Positions 9,851 through 19,383 of a stretch of DNA of 64,000 nucleotides are shown in pieces. Every line of letters starts with the position of its first letter. Positions within the stretch are counted from its first letter, which is position 1. This DNA comes from Paracoccaceae bacterium. GTDB lineage: Bacteria; Pseudomonadota; Alphaproteobacteria; Rhodobacterales; Rhodobacteraceae. The translations under genes were made by a program, and so were the position numbers. The stretch is from the NCBI GenBank assembly GCA_902631295.1, contig CACOXV010000008.1, positions 9,189-73,188 on the forward strand, given 5' to 3'. A model generated the notes under the pieces. The model was not told the origin of the DNA, made no database searches, and worked only from the letters and a program-made list of their open reading frames with translations.

Positions 9851-10738
9851 ATGAAAGGTATTTTGCCTAGTTTAAATACTCCATTTACAAATTCGGGTGA
9901 ATTAGATCTCGCTTCACTCACTCGCTTGGTAGAGCACACGATATTGTCTGGCTGTGGAGGAATGCTCGGACTAGCAGTAGCAGGTGAACACACTACATTA
10001 AACTTTGATGAAAAAATTTTATTTATTAAGACAGTTACCGAGGTGAACAAGGGCCGCATTCCTTTTATCTGTAGTGTAACCGCAGCTGACTTTAAAGAAA
10101 GTGTTGAGCTTACAAAAAGTGCTAATTCTTTTGGGGCGGAAGGTATATGTCTTCAATTACCATCAAGCCTTAAATTTTCTGAGAAATTATTTTTTTTAGA
10201 GCACTTGGAAATTCTATCCCCTAAAATTTTAATGATACAAGATTTAGATTGGTTGGGAGATGGAATGGCTCTAGATGAAATTGTAAAATTATTCAACTCT
10301 GTCGATAAATTTAACTGGTTAAAAATAGAAACAGTAGGAGCAGGTGAAAAGTATACTTCCGTATTGCAAAAACTAGATGGCAGATTGAAAGTTTGTGGTG
10401 GCTGGGCTGTAACACAACTTATCGATGCAATGGCTCGTTCAGTAAATGCTTTCGTTCCCACGGGATTAGAAAAAATATATGTAGAGATTTATCAACTATA
10501 CCAAAATGGTAATACAGAAAAAGCAAGGTTACTATTTGAAAAGGTTCTGCCTGTATTGAATTTCTCAAATCAAAATATTGGAACTAGTATTCGATTTTTT
10601 AAGAATTTACGTGTTCTGGAAGGGCTATTCGAAAGCAATTATTGCCGTGATGAGTCAGCTGTCTTTGACGAATTACAGGAAATTGAATCGGTAAAGGCCA
10701 CTTCGATAGCTAATGGGCTATTGGCAAGTTACCCTTAA
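9851..10738 (+). CDS. DapA/NAL-superfamily class I aldolase, non-canonical
   Basis: TPF..GELD, LAVAGE in place of GTTGE, Schiff-base Lys in WLKIE. Confidence 0.85.
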   Translation: MKGILPSLNTPFTNSGELDLASLTRLVEHTILSGCGGMLGLAVAGEHTTLNFDEKILFIKTVTEVNKGRIPFICSVTAADFKESVELTKSANSFGAEGICLQLPSSLKFSEKLFFLEHLEILSPKILMIQDLDWLGDGMALDEIVKLFNSVDKFNWLKIETVGAGEKYTSVLQKLDGRLKVCGGWAVTQLIDAMARSVNAFVPTGLEKIYVEIYQLYQNGNTEKARLLFEKVLPVLNFSNQNIGTSIRFFKNLRVLEGLFESNYCRDESAVFDELQEIESVKATSIANGLLASYP

Positions 10739-10765
10739 AAATGATTTATATAAAATCTACTAAAA

Positions 10766-11722
10766 TTATTTCAGGATCCGTTTAAGTTTCTGGAAGCGGC
10801 GTAAATTACTAGGCATCAATTCTTTTCCCATAACTTCTTCCCAATCTGTTTCTGCCACGTCCCCAATATATAGGTCGCCTAAACTATCTATTGCTATACT
10901 GTGGGGTGATATAAATTGGCCGGGCAGAACACCAGGCCCGACTCCTTTGTCTAGTTTTGAAAGCAGAGAACCCCTTTTATCAAAAAAACTTACAAATGGA
11001 CCCAAATTTGGGAAATCTTTATTTACTTCTAGGTAAGAAGCTAGTTCACCAACAATGCAATCGGGAGAAGAGCCTCCAGTTATAGCTAAACCGCTAGGCC
11101 GGTGCATATTATTTATTTGGCCTTCAAAATTGCCCGAAGTATTAAAAATCTGTATACGAGAATTCTCTCGATCTGCCACATATAGCCAACCATCATTATC
11201 GCAGCATATATTATGCGGTAGATTAAATTCACCAGGGCCAGCTCCAGATTGTCCCCAGCTTTTAATATGTTTCCCCTTGGGATTAAAATGATGAATACAG
11301 GCATTCTGGTATCCATCAGAAACGAAAATATCTCCCGATGGCGCTATTGCGCAATGTGTACATTTGCAAAAAGGCTTTCCACTCATAAATCCAGAACTTA
11401 TGTTTGGAGTTCCTATTTCCATTAGCAGTTCGCCAGTCTGGGAAAATTTCCTGACAGTATGGTCAAAATTATCGGTTAAATAGATGCATTGGTCTGGCCC
11501 TATTGATGCTCCATGTGGGTTTTTGAAGATGCCGTGGCCCCAAGTCCGTAATACATCGCCATGTTGAGACAGGACGACAACTGGGTGCTCTCCTCTGTTA
11601 AAAAGGTAAACGTTATCTTTTGCGTCTACGGCAATCCCTGCCACGTCCCCTAAAGTAATATCATCTGGGAAGTTCCCCCAATATTCTAAGGGGGTATACG
11701 CGTAGTTTCCATGTCCAAGCAT
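10766..11722 (-). CDS. NHL-repeat beta-propeller, peptidyl-alpha-hydroxyglycine alpha-amidating lyase (PAL)-like
   Basis: PHG, VSDGYQN, FNLPHNI..D..YVADRENSRIQIF repeats. Confidence 0.88.
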   Translation of the reverse strand: MLGHGNYAYTPLEYWGNFPDDITLGDVAGIAVDAKDNVYLFNRGEHPVVVLSQHGDVLRTWGHGIFKNPHGASIGPDQCIYLTDNFDHTVRKFSQTGELLMEIGTPNISSGFMSGKPFCKCTHCAIAPSGDIFVSDGYQNACIHHFNPKGKHIKSWGQSGAGPGEFNLPHNICCDNDGWLYVADRENSRIQIFNTSGNFEGQINNMHRPSGLAITGGSSPDCIVGELASYLEVNKDFPNLGPFVSFFDKRGSLLSKLDKGVGPGVLPGQFISPHSIAIDSLGDLYIGDVAETDWEEVMGKELMPSNLRRFQKLKRILK

Positions 11723-12120
11723 CTAAATATTCGGATTACCTTTTGAACTTCTCTTCTACAGTAGTTACAATAAACTTTCTGCTCAATCTACATTCCTATT
11801 CCGTAAACTCAAAGGCTTGACAGTGAGAACGATAACCTGCTTAGAGTAGTCTTAATGGTCTGCGGAAGGTATCAAACTGTCGAAGATATATGAGACATCA
11901 TTTATTTCTCTAAAAATCGCACTGGGCTTAATTGTTTATGCCCTTTTTTGGCGGTCAATTAGTAGTGCCTAATGTTGAAAGAGATGATGGCACTCTAGAA
12001 AAAGAATTTTATGTCGGGGAAACTATTTCTGCAGTAAATAATTAGATAAAAAAACTAATATTAATTCTTAAAATTTTATGTAGTTTGTATTTATAAAAAT
12101 TACCAGTATTGGGGTTGTTG

Positions 12121-13506
12121 ATGAAAATAAGAAATTCAAATTTTTTGAAGGCCAATGAGCCATCTACCGATGTTTTACATTCTTGGGATAGGCAACACCA
12201 GTTACATCCATGGGCAGCAATGGATGCGTGGCGAGAGTACGATCACATGCTGGTAGAAAATGCTGATGGAATTTATTTGTGGGACGCCTCTGGTAAGAAG
12301 TTTATAGACGGCCCGGGTGGAATGTGGTGTGTTCAGATTGGTTATGGAAGGCAAGAAATGGCCGACGCAATTGCTAAGCAAGCAATGAAACTTCCATATG
12401 CTTCTCCATGGACAACAGTCACTGAGCCATCATCTATTCTTGCAAAAAAAATTGCTGAGCTAGCCCCAGGAGATTTAAATAACGTATTTTTTACAACTGG
12501 TGGTTCTACTGCTATTGATACTGCTATTAGGACTATGCATTTTATGAACAATAGGTTGGGTAGGCCAGACAAAAAAATTGTTTTAGCCAGAGAAAAAGGT
12601 TATCATGGATCTACCTATTTAGCTTCTACAGTTACTGGTAAAGAACGGGATAAGTCCCGTTTCGATATTGAAGACCGTTTGGTTCATTTTTTGCCGGATG
12701 TTAATCCTTATCGACGACCTGAAAACATGTCTGTTGAGGCTTGGTGTGATGAAAAGGTTGCTGATTTAGAAAAGGCAATCAGAGACCTTGGGCCAGATAA
12801 AGTTGGGGCTTTTATTGCGGAACCGATTCTGTGTTCAGGTGGCGTAATAATTCCTCCAGATGGTTATCATAAGCGTACGCTAGAAATCTGTCGAAAGCAT
12901 GATGTTCTATATATATCTGACGAAGTCGTTACAGGTTTTGGTCGGCTCGGTCATTGGTTCGCATCTAGTGACGTGTTTGGAATTCAGCCGGACATCATAA
13001 CATGTGCTAAAGGCTTAACATCCGGCTACTTGCCATTAGGTGCATGTATAATATCAGATGATGTTATGGCGCGAATGGAAAGTCCCGACGAATCTGTATT
13101 ATTTTCCAATGGTTATACGTATTCAGCTCACCCCGTTTGTTGTGCAGCAGCATTGAAGAATATTGATATCTTTGAGGAAGAAGACATTTTAGGCAATGTA
13201 CAAAAAGTTACACCTCATTTTCAGAGGAGGCTTCAAGAGTTGGCACAGTATCCAATTGTCGGCGATGTACGTGGGATGGGTTTGCTTGGCTGCATAGAGG
13301 GTAAACCAGATCAACAAGGCTACACATTGGCAGAAGAAAGAAAACTTGGGGCACTGCTAGATAAAGCTTGTGAGGAGATGGGCCTATTAGTGAGGCCACT
13401 GATAAATATGGCGGTTTTTTCCCCACCTTTGGTCATAAATACTTCTCAAATAGATGATATGTTCGATATTCTTGACAAAGCATTAGAGAAAGTTTCTCAA
13501 ATTTAA
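12121..13506 (+). CDS. Class III PLP aminotransferase (omega-amine/putrescine:pyruvate type)
   Basis: GYHGST, FIAEP, SDEVVTGFGRLG, CAKGLTSGY; start 12121 or TTG 12109. Confidence 0.93.
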   Translation: MKIRNSNFLKANEPSTDVLHSWDRQHQLHPWAAMDAWREYDHMLVENADGIYLWDASGKKFIDGPGGMWCVQIGYGRQEMADAIAKQAMKLPYASPWTTVTEPSSILAKKIAELAPGDLNNVFFTTGGSTAIDTAIRTMHFMNNRLGRPDKKIVLAREKGYHGSTYLASTVTGKERDKSRFDIEDRLVHFLPDVNPYRRPENMSVEAWCDEKVADLEKAIRDLGPDKVGAFIAEPILCSGGVIIPPDGYHKRTLEICRKHDVLYISDEVVTGFGRLGHWFASSDVFGIQPDIITCAKGLTSGYLPLGACIISDDVMARMESPDESVLFSNGYTYSAHPVCCAAALKNIDIFEEEDILGNVQKVTPHFQRRLQELAQYPIVGDVRGMGLLGCIEGKPDQQGYTLAEERKLGALLDKACEEMGLLVRPLINMAVFSPPLVINTSQIDDMFDILDKALEKVSQI

Positions 13507-13513
13507 TTGCAAG

Positions 13514-14797
13514 TTAGGGAGATTTAATTTTTGGCTTTACTATATTGGTAATGCGTGTGGCTGCTAATTTGCCACTTTCATATGCGCCATTGACCAAACC
13601 CGCTATATTGCCAGCAGTTGCCTCACCCGCAAATATCAATTTTTCGGCTATAGGTTCGCTTAGCACTTCTCGCGCCCCAAAACAGCCTGGTTTGACTGCA
13701 GAGTAAGATCCCTTCGTGAATGGGTTACTCGCCCAATCAGTAGCAAAGCCCTTCAAAAAGTGTTTTCTGATTTTGTCACCTGACAAAATCTCGAGTTTCG
13801 ACAAGGCATATTCTACAATTTCCTCTTCACCTAGCTTTGATAAGTCCCAGGCGAACTGACCGCCGATAAATCCGACTACATAATCGTGGCCAGTTGGCCA
13901 AGCCAAGAAATAGCATTCACTCCCAATATTTTCCTTTGCAATGTCATACTGTACGAAGCTATTTTCAGCAAATCCTAATCTAATCCCATCAAAAAGCAGT
14001 GGGATTTTTACCAAGAGGCCCATTTGAATATCATCAATTGCCCTTTGGACTTTATTACAAAGTTTAGGAGTAAATTTTATCTTTTCGGATTTTAAAACAC
14101 CAACTGACACAGTACAAATGCATGCCTTAGCCACAATTGATCCCTTGGATGTTACAACCTTGACGCCTTTCCCAGACAGGTCTATTTCAAAGACGTTTGT
14201 GTTTAGGGCAATAGGAAAGTTATTATTTAATGTTGCCACCAAATTACCCAAACCTTCTTTCACAATAAAGCTTGGTTGAGTATCTTTTAAATGCCAATAT
14301 TCTGCTGTTGAAATTTGGTTGATATCAACAGCGTAGTTTAACGCTCCTTCCCAATTCTGAAAACATTCATTGTATGGAACGTTTGGAATTACTTTTGATG
14401 CTGGAATGTCTATTCCTTGTCGTCCGGTGTCCCGAAGAATTTCCTTTATTTTAGACTCAGACTTATTGTATTCGTTTATATTTGCTTGTGTCGATTTTGC
14501 CCCGTCTCTTTCGAACATCTCGATCTTTGGGTTCGAGTGGTCTACGAGTGTAAAGTTATTTTTTCTACCCAAATCTGAGAAGATATTATCGTCAGACCCT
14601 GATATCCAAGAGCAACCATGATCAACGGGTTGCCCAAAAATATCACTCTTTGTGTACGCCCGGCCTCCAATATGATCTGAAGCCTCTATAACTAAATACG
14701 AGGTTCCTAGTTCCTCAAGCTTTTTGGCTGCTGAAAGACCTGATGAACCAGCGCCAACTATAACAATATCGGGGTTAGTTGGAAGGGGTACACTCAA
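13514..14797 (-). CDS. Flavin monoamine/polyamine oxidase family
   Basis: GAGSSGL, IGGRAYT, W..NPFTKGSYS, FAGEAT, VNGAYESG. Confidence 0.9.
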   Translation of the reverse strand: MSVPLPTNPDIVIVGAGSSGLSAAKKLEELGTSYLVIEASDHIGGRAYTKSDIFGQPVDHGCSWISGSDDNIFSDLGRKNNFTLVDHSNPKIEMFERDGAKSTQANINEYNKSESKIKEILRDTGRQGIDIPASKVIPNVPYNECFQNWEGALNYAVDINQISTAEYWHLKDTQPSFIVKEGLGNLVATLNNNFPIALNTNVFEIDLSGKGVKVVTSKGSIVAKACICTVSVGVLKSEKIKFTPKLCNKVQRAIDDIQMGLLVKIPLLFDGIRLGFAENSFVQYDIAKENIGSECYFLAWPTGHDYVVGFIGGQFAWDLSKLGEEEIVEYALSKLEILSGDKIRKHFLKGFATDWASNPFTKGSYSAVKPGCFGAREVLSEPIAEKLIFAGEATAGNIAGLVNGAYESGKLAATRITNIVKPKIKSP

Positions 14798-15004
14798 ACG
14801 TTTGTCTACTTCTAGCTTTTTAATTTTAATAGATGCTACAGTGCTGCTTTATCCTATACAACCTATTGGAGCTACAGAAAAATTTTTAAATTAACCTCTA
14901 AAATGAAATTTCTGTATTTAACTCTTCTTATTTTTCTAGACTCAATACAAATTAAAGTATTTTATGAGTCGCATGCTATGAACTTTAAAAAGGAATTGGG
15001 AAAA

Positions 15005-16057
15005 ATGAGAAAATCTTTAAGTTACCTGGTGGCTGCAGCGACATTGTCGTTCAATGCTCCTGCATTTGCAGCAGATAGTGAACTGGTAGTTTTTGACTGG
15101 GGTGGATATGAAGACGAAATGTTCTTCCAGGATTATATGAAAAAATATGGCGATGCGCCAACTTACTCTTTCTTTTCAGATGAGGAAGAAGCTTTTCAAA
15201 AAGTGCGTGCGGGTTTCAGAGCTGACTTGGGTCATCCATGTTCGCAGTCAGTGGTAAAATGGAGAAATGCAGGCATTATAAAGCCAATAGATACTTCTAG
15301 GTTGTCTAATTTTGACAAGGTTGACCCTGGATTTGCTGGAATGGAGGGCTTTCAAGTTGATGGTGTACAATGGGCACTTCCGATAGATTGGGGTGCAACA
15401 GCATTAACATATAATTCTGACGAAGTATCCGCAGAAGAGGCCAGCTCTTTGCACGTTTTTGCTGATCCAAAATTTCAAGGGCGCGTGTCAATTATTGATA
15501 ACGTGGATGATGCCTATGCACTGGGTTATCTAGCTGTAGGAGTAATGGATTGGAACAAAGCTACGGACGAGGATTTTAAAAAGGCCTCAGATTTTCTCAG
15601 AAAAGTGCATAAAAATGTGCGACAATATCATGCTGATGGTGCCGAAGGTGCTGCGCTTATGAAGAGTGGTGAAATTCTTTTAGAATGGACGTGGAATGAG
15701 GTTGCATTTACTCTAAGTTATGAAGAGGACGCTCCAGCGGCTGTTTTCAACCGCGGTACCAAAGAAGGTTCTTCAACTTGGGTATGTGGCTATACAATGA
15801 TGAAAGACGCGCCTGGTTCTGAACAAAAAGCTTACGATTTTCTTGACGCTTGGCTTTCTGATGCATCTGCAGAATATATCGTTACTGAATGGGGTTATGG
15901 ACATACTAATAAAGAAGTAATGGCAACTGTTGGTAAAGAGAATGGATGGGAACCATTAGCAAGTTATACTGAAGGTTCTTTATTCCAAAAACCTTCGGAC
16001 CCGGCACATAGGGAGAAAATGATTAAAGAATGGGAGCTCATTAAAAGTGGCTTCTAA
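15005..16057 (+). CDS. potD: Polyamine ABC transporter substrate-binding protein (PotD/PotF family)
   Basis: Signal peptide, FDWGGY, PIDWG, WNE, STWVCG; ATG 15005 preferred over 14903. Confidence 0.85.
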   Translation: MRKSLSYLVAAATLSFNAPAFAADSELVVFDWGGYEDEMFFQDYMKKYGDAPTYSFFSDEEEAFQKVRAGFRADLGHPCSQSVVKWRNAGIIKPIDTSRLSNFDKVDPGFAGMEGFQVDGVQWALPIDWGATALTYNSDEVSAEEASSLHVFADPKFQGRVSIIDNVDDAYALGYLAVGVMDWNKATDEDFKKASDFLRKVHKNVRQYHADGAEGAALMKSGEILLEWTWNEVAFTLSYEEDAPAAVFNRGTKEGSSTWVCGYTMMKDAPGSEQKAYDFLDAWLSDASAEYIVTEWGYGHTNKEVMATVGKENGWEPLASYTEGSLFQKPSDPAHREKMIKEWELIKSGF

Positions 16058-16075
16058 TCAAAGTTAACTAAAAAA

Positions 16076-16103
16076 TCTCAGAGGTGAATTTCGCCTCTGA
16101 GAT
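16076..16103. terminator. Bidirectional hairpin terminator between convergent potD and potA
   Basis: TCTCAGAGGTG-AATTT-CGCCTCTGAGA inverted repeat (one G-U pair), preceded by an A tract. Confidence 0.7.
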
Positions 16104-17179
16104 CAAATTGAAAAGGCAATTATATTATTCATATCAGCCTTTAGCTGAATTTCTTCACCGACAGAATAACTGAGTTGTCCAACAGAATTTTGTGAAGAGA
16201 TTGTCAACGTTTCTGTAGTACCGCATGATACTTTATAATTAGTTGTTTCACCGAAGTATGATACATCAATTATTTTACCAGAAATTAAATCTTTTGATCG
16301 AGAAGTCTTTGGCACTATTGCGATTTTCTCAGGACGTATTCCAAGAACCATTTTTTTAGATGATTGGCCAAAAACGCGAGACTTCTCTATGTTTATTTTT
16401 CCAAAAATTTCAGACTGAACCTGTAAATTTTTGTTTTCACCGATGATTTCACCTTTAATAAACGTCATTTCTCCAATGAAAGATGCAACTTTTTGAGAAT
16501 TTGGAAGTTCGTAAAGGTCTCTTGGTGATGCTTCTTGTGCCACCTTTCCATCGAACATAACGGCTACTCGGTCACTCATTGTAAGCGCTTCATATTGGTC
16601 ATGTGTCACGAGTATAAAAGTAATTCCGACGGCTCGCTGCAGATGTCTAAGTTCTGATTGCATCTGTTCTCGTAGCTTTTTATCTAGTGCTGAGAGTGGT
16701 TCGTCCAATAAAAGAACTTTTGGTTTTAATATTAGTGCACGTGCTAGGGCAACACGCTGCTTTTGGCCGCCAGAAAGGGCATTCGCAGAACGTTTATTGA
16801 GACCGGATAATCCCACTAGTTCAAGAGCTTCATCAACCAGTTTGTTCTGATCAGACCTTTTTTCACGTTTGTTCCGCAATCCATAGGCTACATTTTCCTC
16901 GACATTTAAGTGCGGGAAAATAGCGTAATTTTGGAAAACCATATTTGTTGGTCGCAAATTAGGCTCAATACCATCCATCGAGATATTATCGATAAAAACC
17001 TGCCCAGATGTTGGTTTTTCAAAGCCAGCGATTAGTCTCAATAGTGTAGTTTTACCGCAACCAGAAGGACCTAAAAGTGAATAAAACTGGCCTTCTTGAA
17101 TGTCCAAAGAAACACCATTTACAGCATGAACGTCACCAAAGCTTTTAAAGACATTTTTCACCTGAACTAACTTACCCAT
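16103..17179 (-). CDS. potA: Polyamine ABC transporter ATP-binding protein
   Basis: GPSGCGKT, LSGGQKQR, LLLDEPLSALD, C-terminal TOBE region. Confidence 0.93.
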   Translation of the reverse strand: MGKLVQVKNVFKSFGDVHAVNGVSLDIQEGQFYSLLGPSGCGKTTLLRLIAGFEKPTSGQVFIDNISMDGIEPNLRPTNMVFQNYAIFPHLNVEENVAYGLRNKREKRSDQNKLVDEALELVGLSGLNKRSANALSGGQKQRVALARALILKPKVLLLDEPLSALDKKLREQMQSELRHLQRAVGITFILVTHDQYEALTMSDRVAVMFDGKVAQEASPRDLYELPNSQKVASFIGEMTFIKGEIIGENKNLQVQSEIFGKINIEKSRVFGQSSKKMVLGIRPEKIAIVPKTSRSKDLISGKIIDVSYFGETTNYKVSCGTTETLTISSQNSVGQLSYSVGEEIQLKADMNNIIAFSI

Positions 17180-17199
17180 CGTTTAAAATCCCTTTAATT

Positions 17200-17997
17200 T
17201 TACAATACGGACGTTTGTGTTTTTGCCGCTCTTCTTCGGAAATATTCACCAAGCGATAACAAAATTAACGAAACAAAGATTAGAATTGTGCCGAGTGCCA
17301 TTGTCGCGGGCAATTGTTTCGGGAATCGAAACAATGACCAAATGTAAACTGGTAATGTTGTCTCTGTACCAGTTAAGAAAAATGCGATTATGAACTCATC
17401 CAAAGACAAGGTAAAACCGAGTAATAGGCTTGCCATTATACCAGGATATACAAGCGGCAGGATGATGCGACGAAAGGTTCCAAGTGGCGTTTCGCCAAGA
17501 TCAAGGGATGCTTCCTCTAAGCTTATATCAAGGTTATTAAAGGCAGAATTCATAATGAGTATTGAGAACGGCATGATCAGGAGTGTATGGCCCAATACGA
17601 CGCTCCATAAATTAAGAGGCAGTCCAAGCTGAATTAATACGATCAAGAGTGATACACCTACTATTATTTCAGGCAGAACTAGAGGTGCCAAAATGAAGGT
17701 TAGCGAAAACTGTTTGCCGGGGAAATAGTACCTACTCGCCGCGCGTGAAGCTAATATACCTAATATAGTAGCAAAAATACTTGATGATGCAGCCACAATC
17801 AGTGAATTTTTCAATGCTTCATGTAAAGTCTCTTGATATAGTAAGGCCTTGAACCAACCAGTAGTGAAACCTGATAATGGAAAAGCAATAATTTGGCTTG
17901 AATTAAACGAAAATATTGGAAGTAGTAATGCTGGGGCATACAAAAATATTAAATATGTGATAGCAAAGGTTTTGAGGTATTTATTTGAGCGGTTCAT
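17200..17997 (-). CDS. potC: Polyamine ABC transporter permease
   Basis: EEASLDLG EAA loop, FTLSLDEF, TLPVYIW; ATG 17997 after GGAGG. Confidence 0.9.
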   Translation of the reverse strand: MNRSNKYLKTFAITYLIFLYAPALLLPIFSFNSSQIIAFPLSGFTTGWFKALLYQETLHEALKNSLIVAASSSIFATILGILASRAASRYYFPGKQFSLTFILAPLVLPEIIVGVSLLIVLIQLGLPLNLWSVVLGHTLLIMPFSILIMNSAFNNLDISLEEASLDLGETPLGTFRRIILPLVYPGIMASLLLGFTLSLDEFIIAFFLTGTETTLPVYIWSLFRFPKQLPATMALGTILIFVSLILLSLGEYFRRRAAKTQTSVL

Positions 17998-17998
17998 A

Positions 17999-18865
17999 TT
18001 AGTACCTCCGTAAGTGTTTTTTGTTAATGAGAACAAAAACAATTGAGATAAATGCTACGATCACTAATGAGGAAACAGATAAAGCGGCAGCGAGAGGAGC
18101 ATTATTTGCTTTAGAGAACTGAACCTGGATCATATTTGCGATCATTAGGCCATCTGTGCCTCCCACTAGTTTAGGTGTGATGTAATCACCTACAGTGGGA
18201 ATAAAAATTATTAGCGCCGCACCAACCACACCAGGCATCGATAATGGCAGGATGACCCTAAAAAATTGTTTAATTGGCCCATCTCCAAGATCTCTACTTG
18301 CTTCCAGTAAAGATCTATCAATCTTTTCCAGGGATACAAAAATTGGTAGAATAGCAAAAGGTGCCCAACCATGCGTGAGCGCAATAATTACGGCATTTGA
18401 GTTATACAAAATAAAAGTTAGAGGTTCAGTTATCATCTCTAGCCAAAGCAGAAATGAATTCAGAACACCATTGTATCCCAGAATGACCTTCCACAAAAAC
18501 ATTCTAAGCAGGTAACTTGTCCAAAACGGTATCGTAATTAGAAATAACCAAAGTGCTTTTCTATTGCCACCATAAAACGAAATATAATAGGCCATTGGAT
18601 ACGCTAGTAAAACAGTAAAAAAAGTTACTGTTAGGGAAATGTAGAGAGATCTTGAAAACAGTAATTGATATACAGGCTGTGTAAACGCTTCGATGTAATT
18701 ATTCAAAGTAAATGATTTGTCGAGAATTAAATAATCTTGTGTCCAAAAGCTTAAGAGGAACATCATTGTCAGTGGAGCTGCCAATAAAATGATGCTGAAA
18801 GCTAACGGAGTAGAAAGAAGTTTCCAGCCTTTTTTTGTTTCGTCTTTCAGTGTTAAGCTAAAAAT
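17999..18865 (-). CDS. potB: Polyamine ABC transporter permease (5' end uncertain: ATT start at 18865 or a homopolymer frameshift)
   Basis: PFWTSYLLR, LLEASRDLG; frame stays open upstream of TTG 18784 through the first TM helix. Confidence 0.85.
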   Translation of the reverse strand: MFSLTLKDETKKGWKLLSTPLAFSIILLAAPLTMMFLLSFWTQDYLILDKSFTLNNYIEAFTQPVYQLLFSRSLYISLTVTFFTVLLAYPMAYYISFYGGNRKALWLFLITIPFWTSYLLRMFLWKVILGYNGVLNSFLLWLEMITEPLTFILYNSNAVIIALTHGWAPFAILPIFVSLEKIDRSLLEASRDLGDGPIKQFFRVILPLSMPGVVGAALIIFIPTVGDYITPKLVGGTDGLMIANMIQVQFSKANNAPLAAALSVSSLVIVAFISIVFVLINKKHLRRY

Positions 18866-18928
18866 TTTTTATCCCCGTTTTCATTCTTAATCAGCCTACA
18901 AATAATTGCTCGTCTTATCTGTCATTAA

Positions 18929-18962
18929 AAAGCCATAATGCTTAATGGCTTTAGTTCGTCAA
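18929..18962 (-). promoter_or_regulatory. Putative sigma70 promoter of potBCA with an overlapping 8-bp inverted-repeat operator
   Basis: Minus strand TTGACG-N16-CATTAT; AAAGCCAT-N8-ATGGCTTT at 18929-18952. Confidence 0.45.
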
Positions 18963-19383
18963 GAAAAATAGATATAATTTGGTGAAGGAGTGTTTTCCAA
19001 AGCTTATAATGTTGGCATTATTAAACTGCTTTCTTGTTTTTCTAACTAAAGTAGTTCCCGCGAATATCTGATAGAAACGTCTACCCCTAATTTCATAACC
19101 TATTTCTCTACATTACAACTTTCGTTTAACTTTGTACTGCACAATAACTATAGGTAATGGGAATATTTTTTCGATCTTTATTTCTAGTGTATTTTGTACA
19201 TGCAAATAACCATCAAATTGCTATAAAAAAATCTGTGCCTCTCATAGTGAGATTTAAGAATGATAACTCATGTTTGCCTAAAATAAAAAAATCTAAATTT
19301 TCACAATAAGATCAGCAATCAATTTTTGACTCACTATTTTGTAATGTTAAGGTGTGGTAACAAATAAATCTTCAAGGTAGGTA

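Noticed and set aside
9851-10738. dapA (lysine biosynthesis)
   Set aside because: Lacks GTTGE and the catalytic Tyr motif.
18963-19383. Hidden gene or sRNA in the AT-rich divergent spacer
   Set aside because: Only short motif-less ORFs and no stable hairpin or terminator; consistent with promoter DNA.
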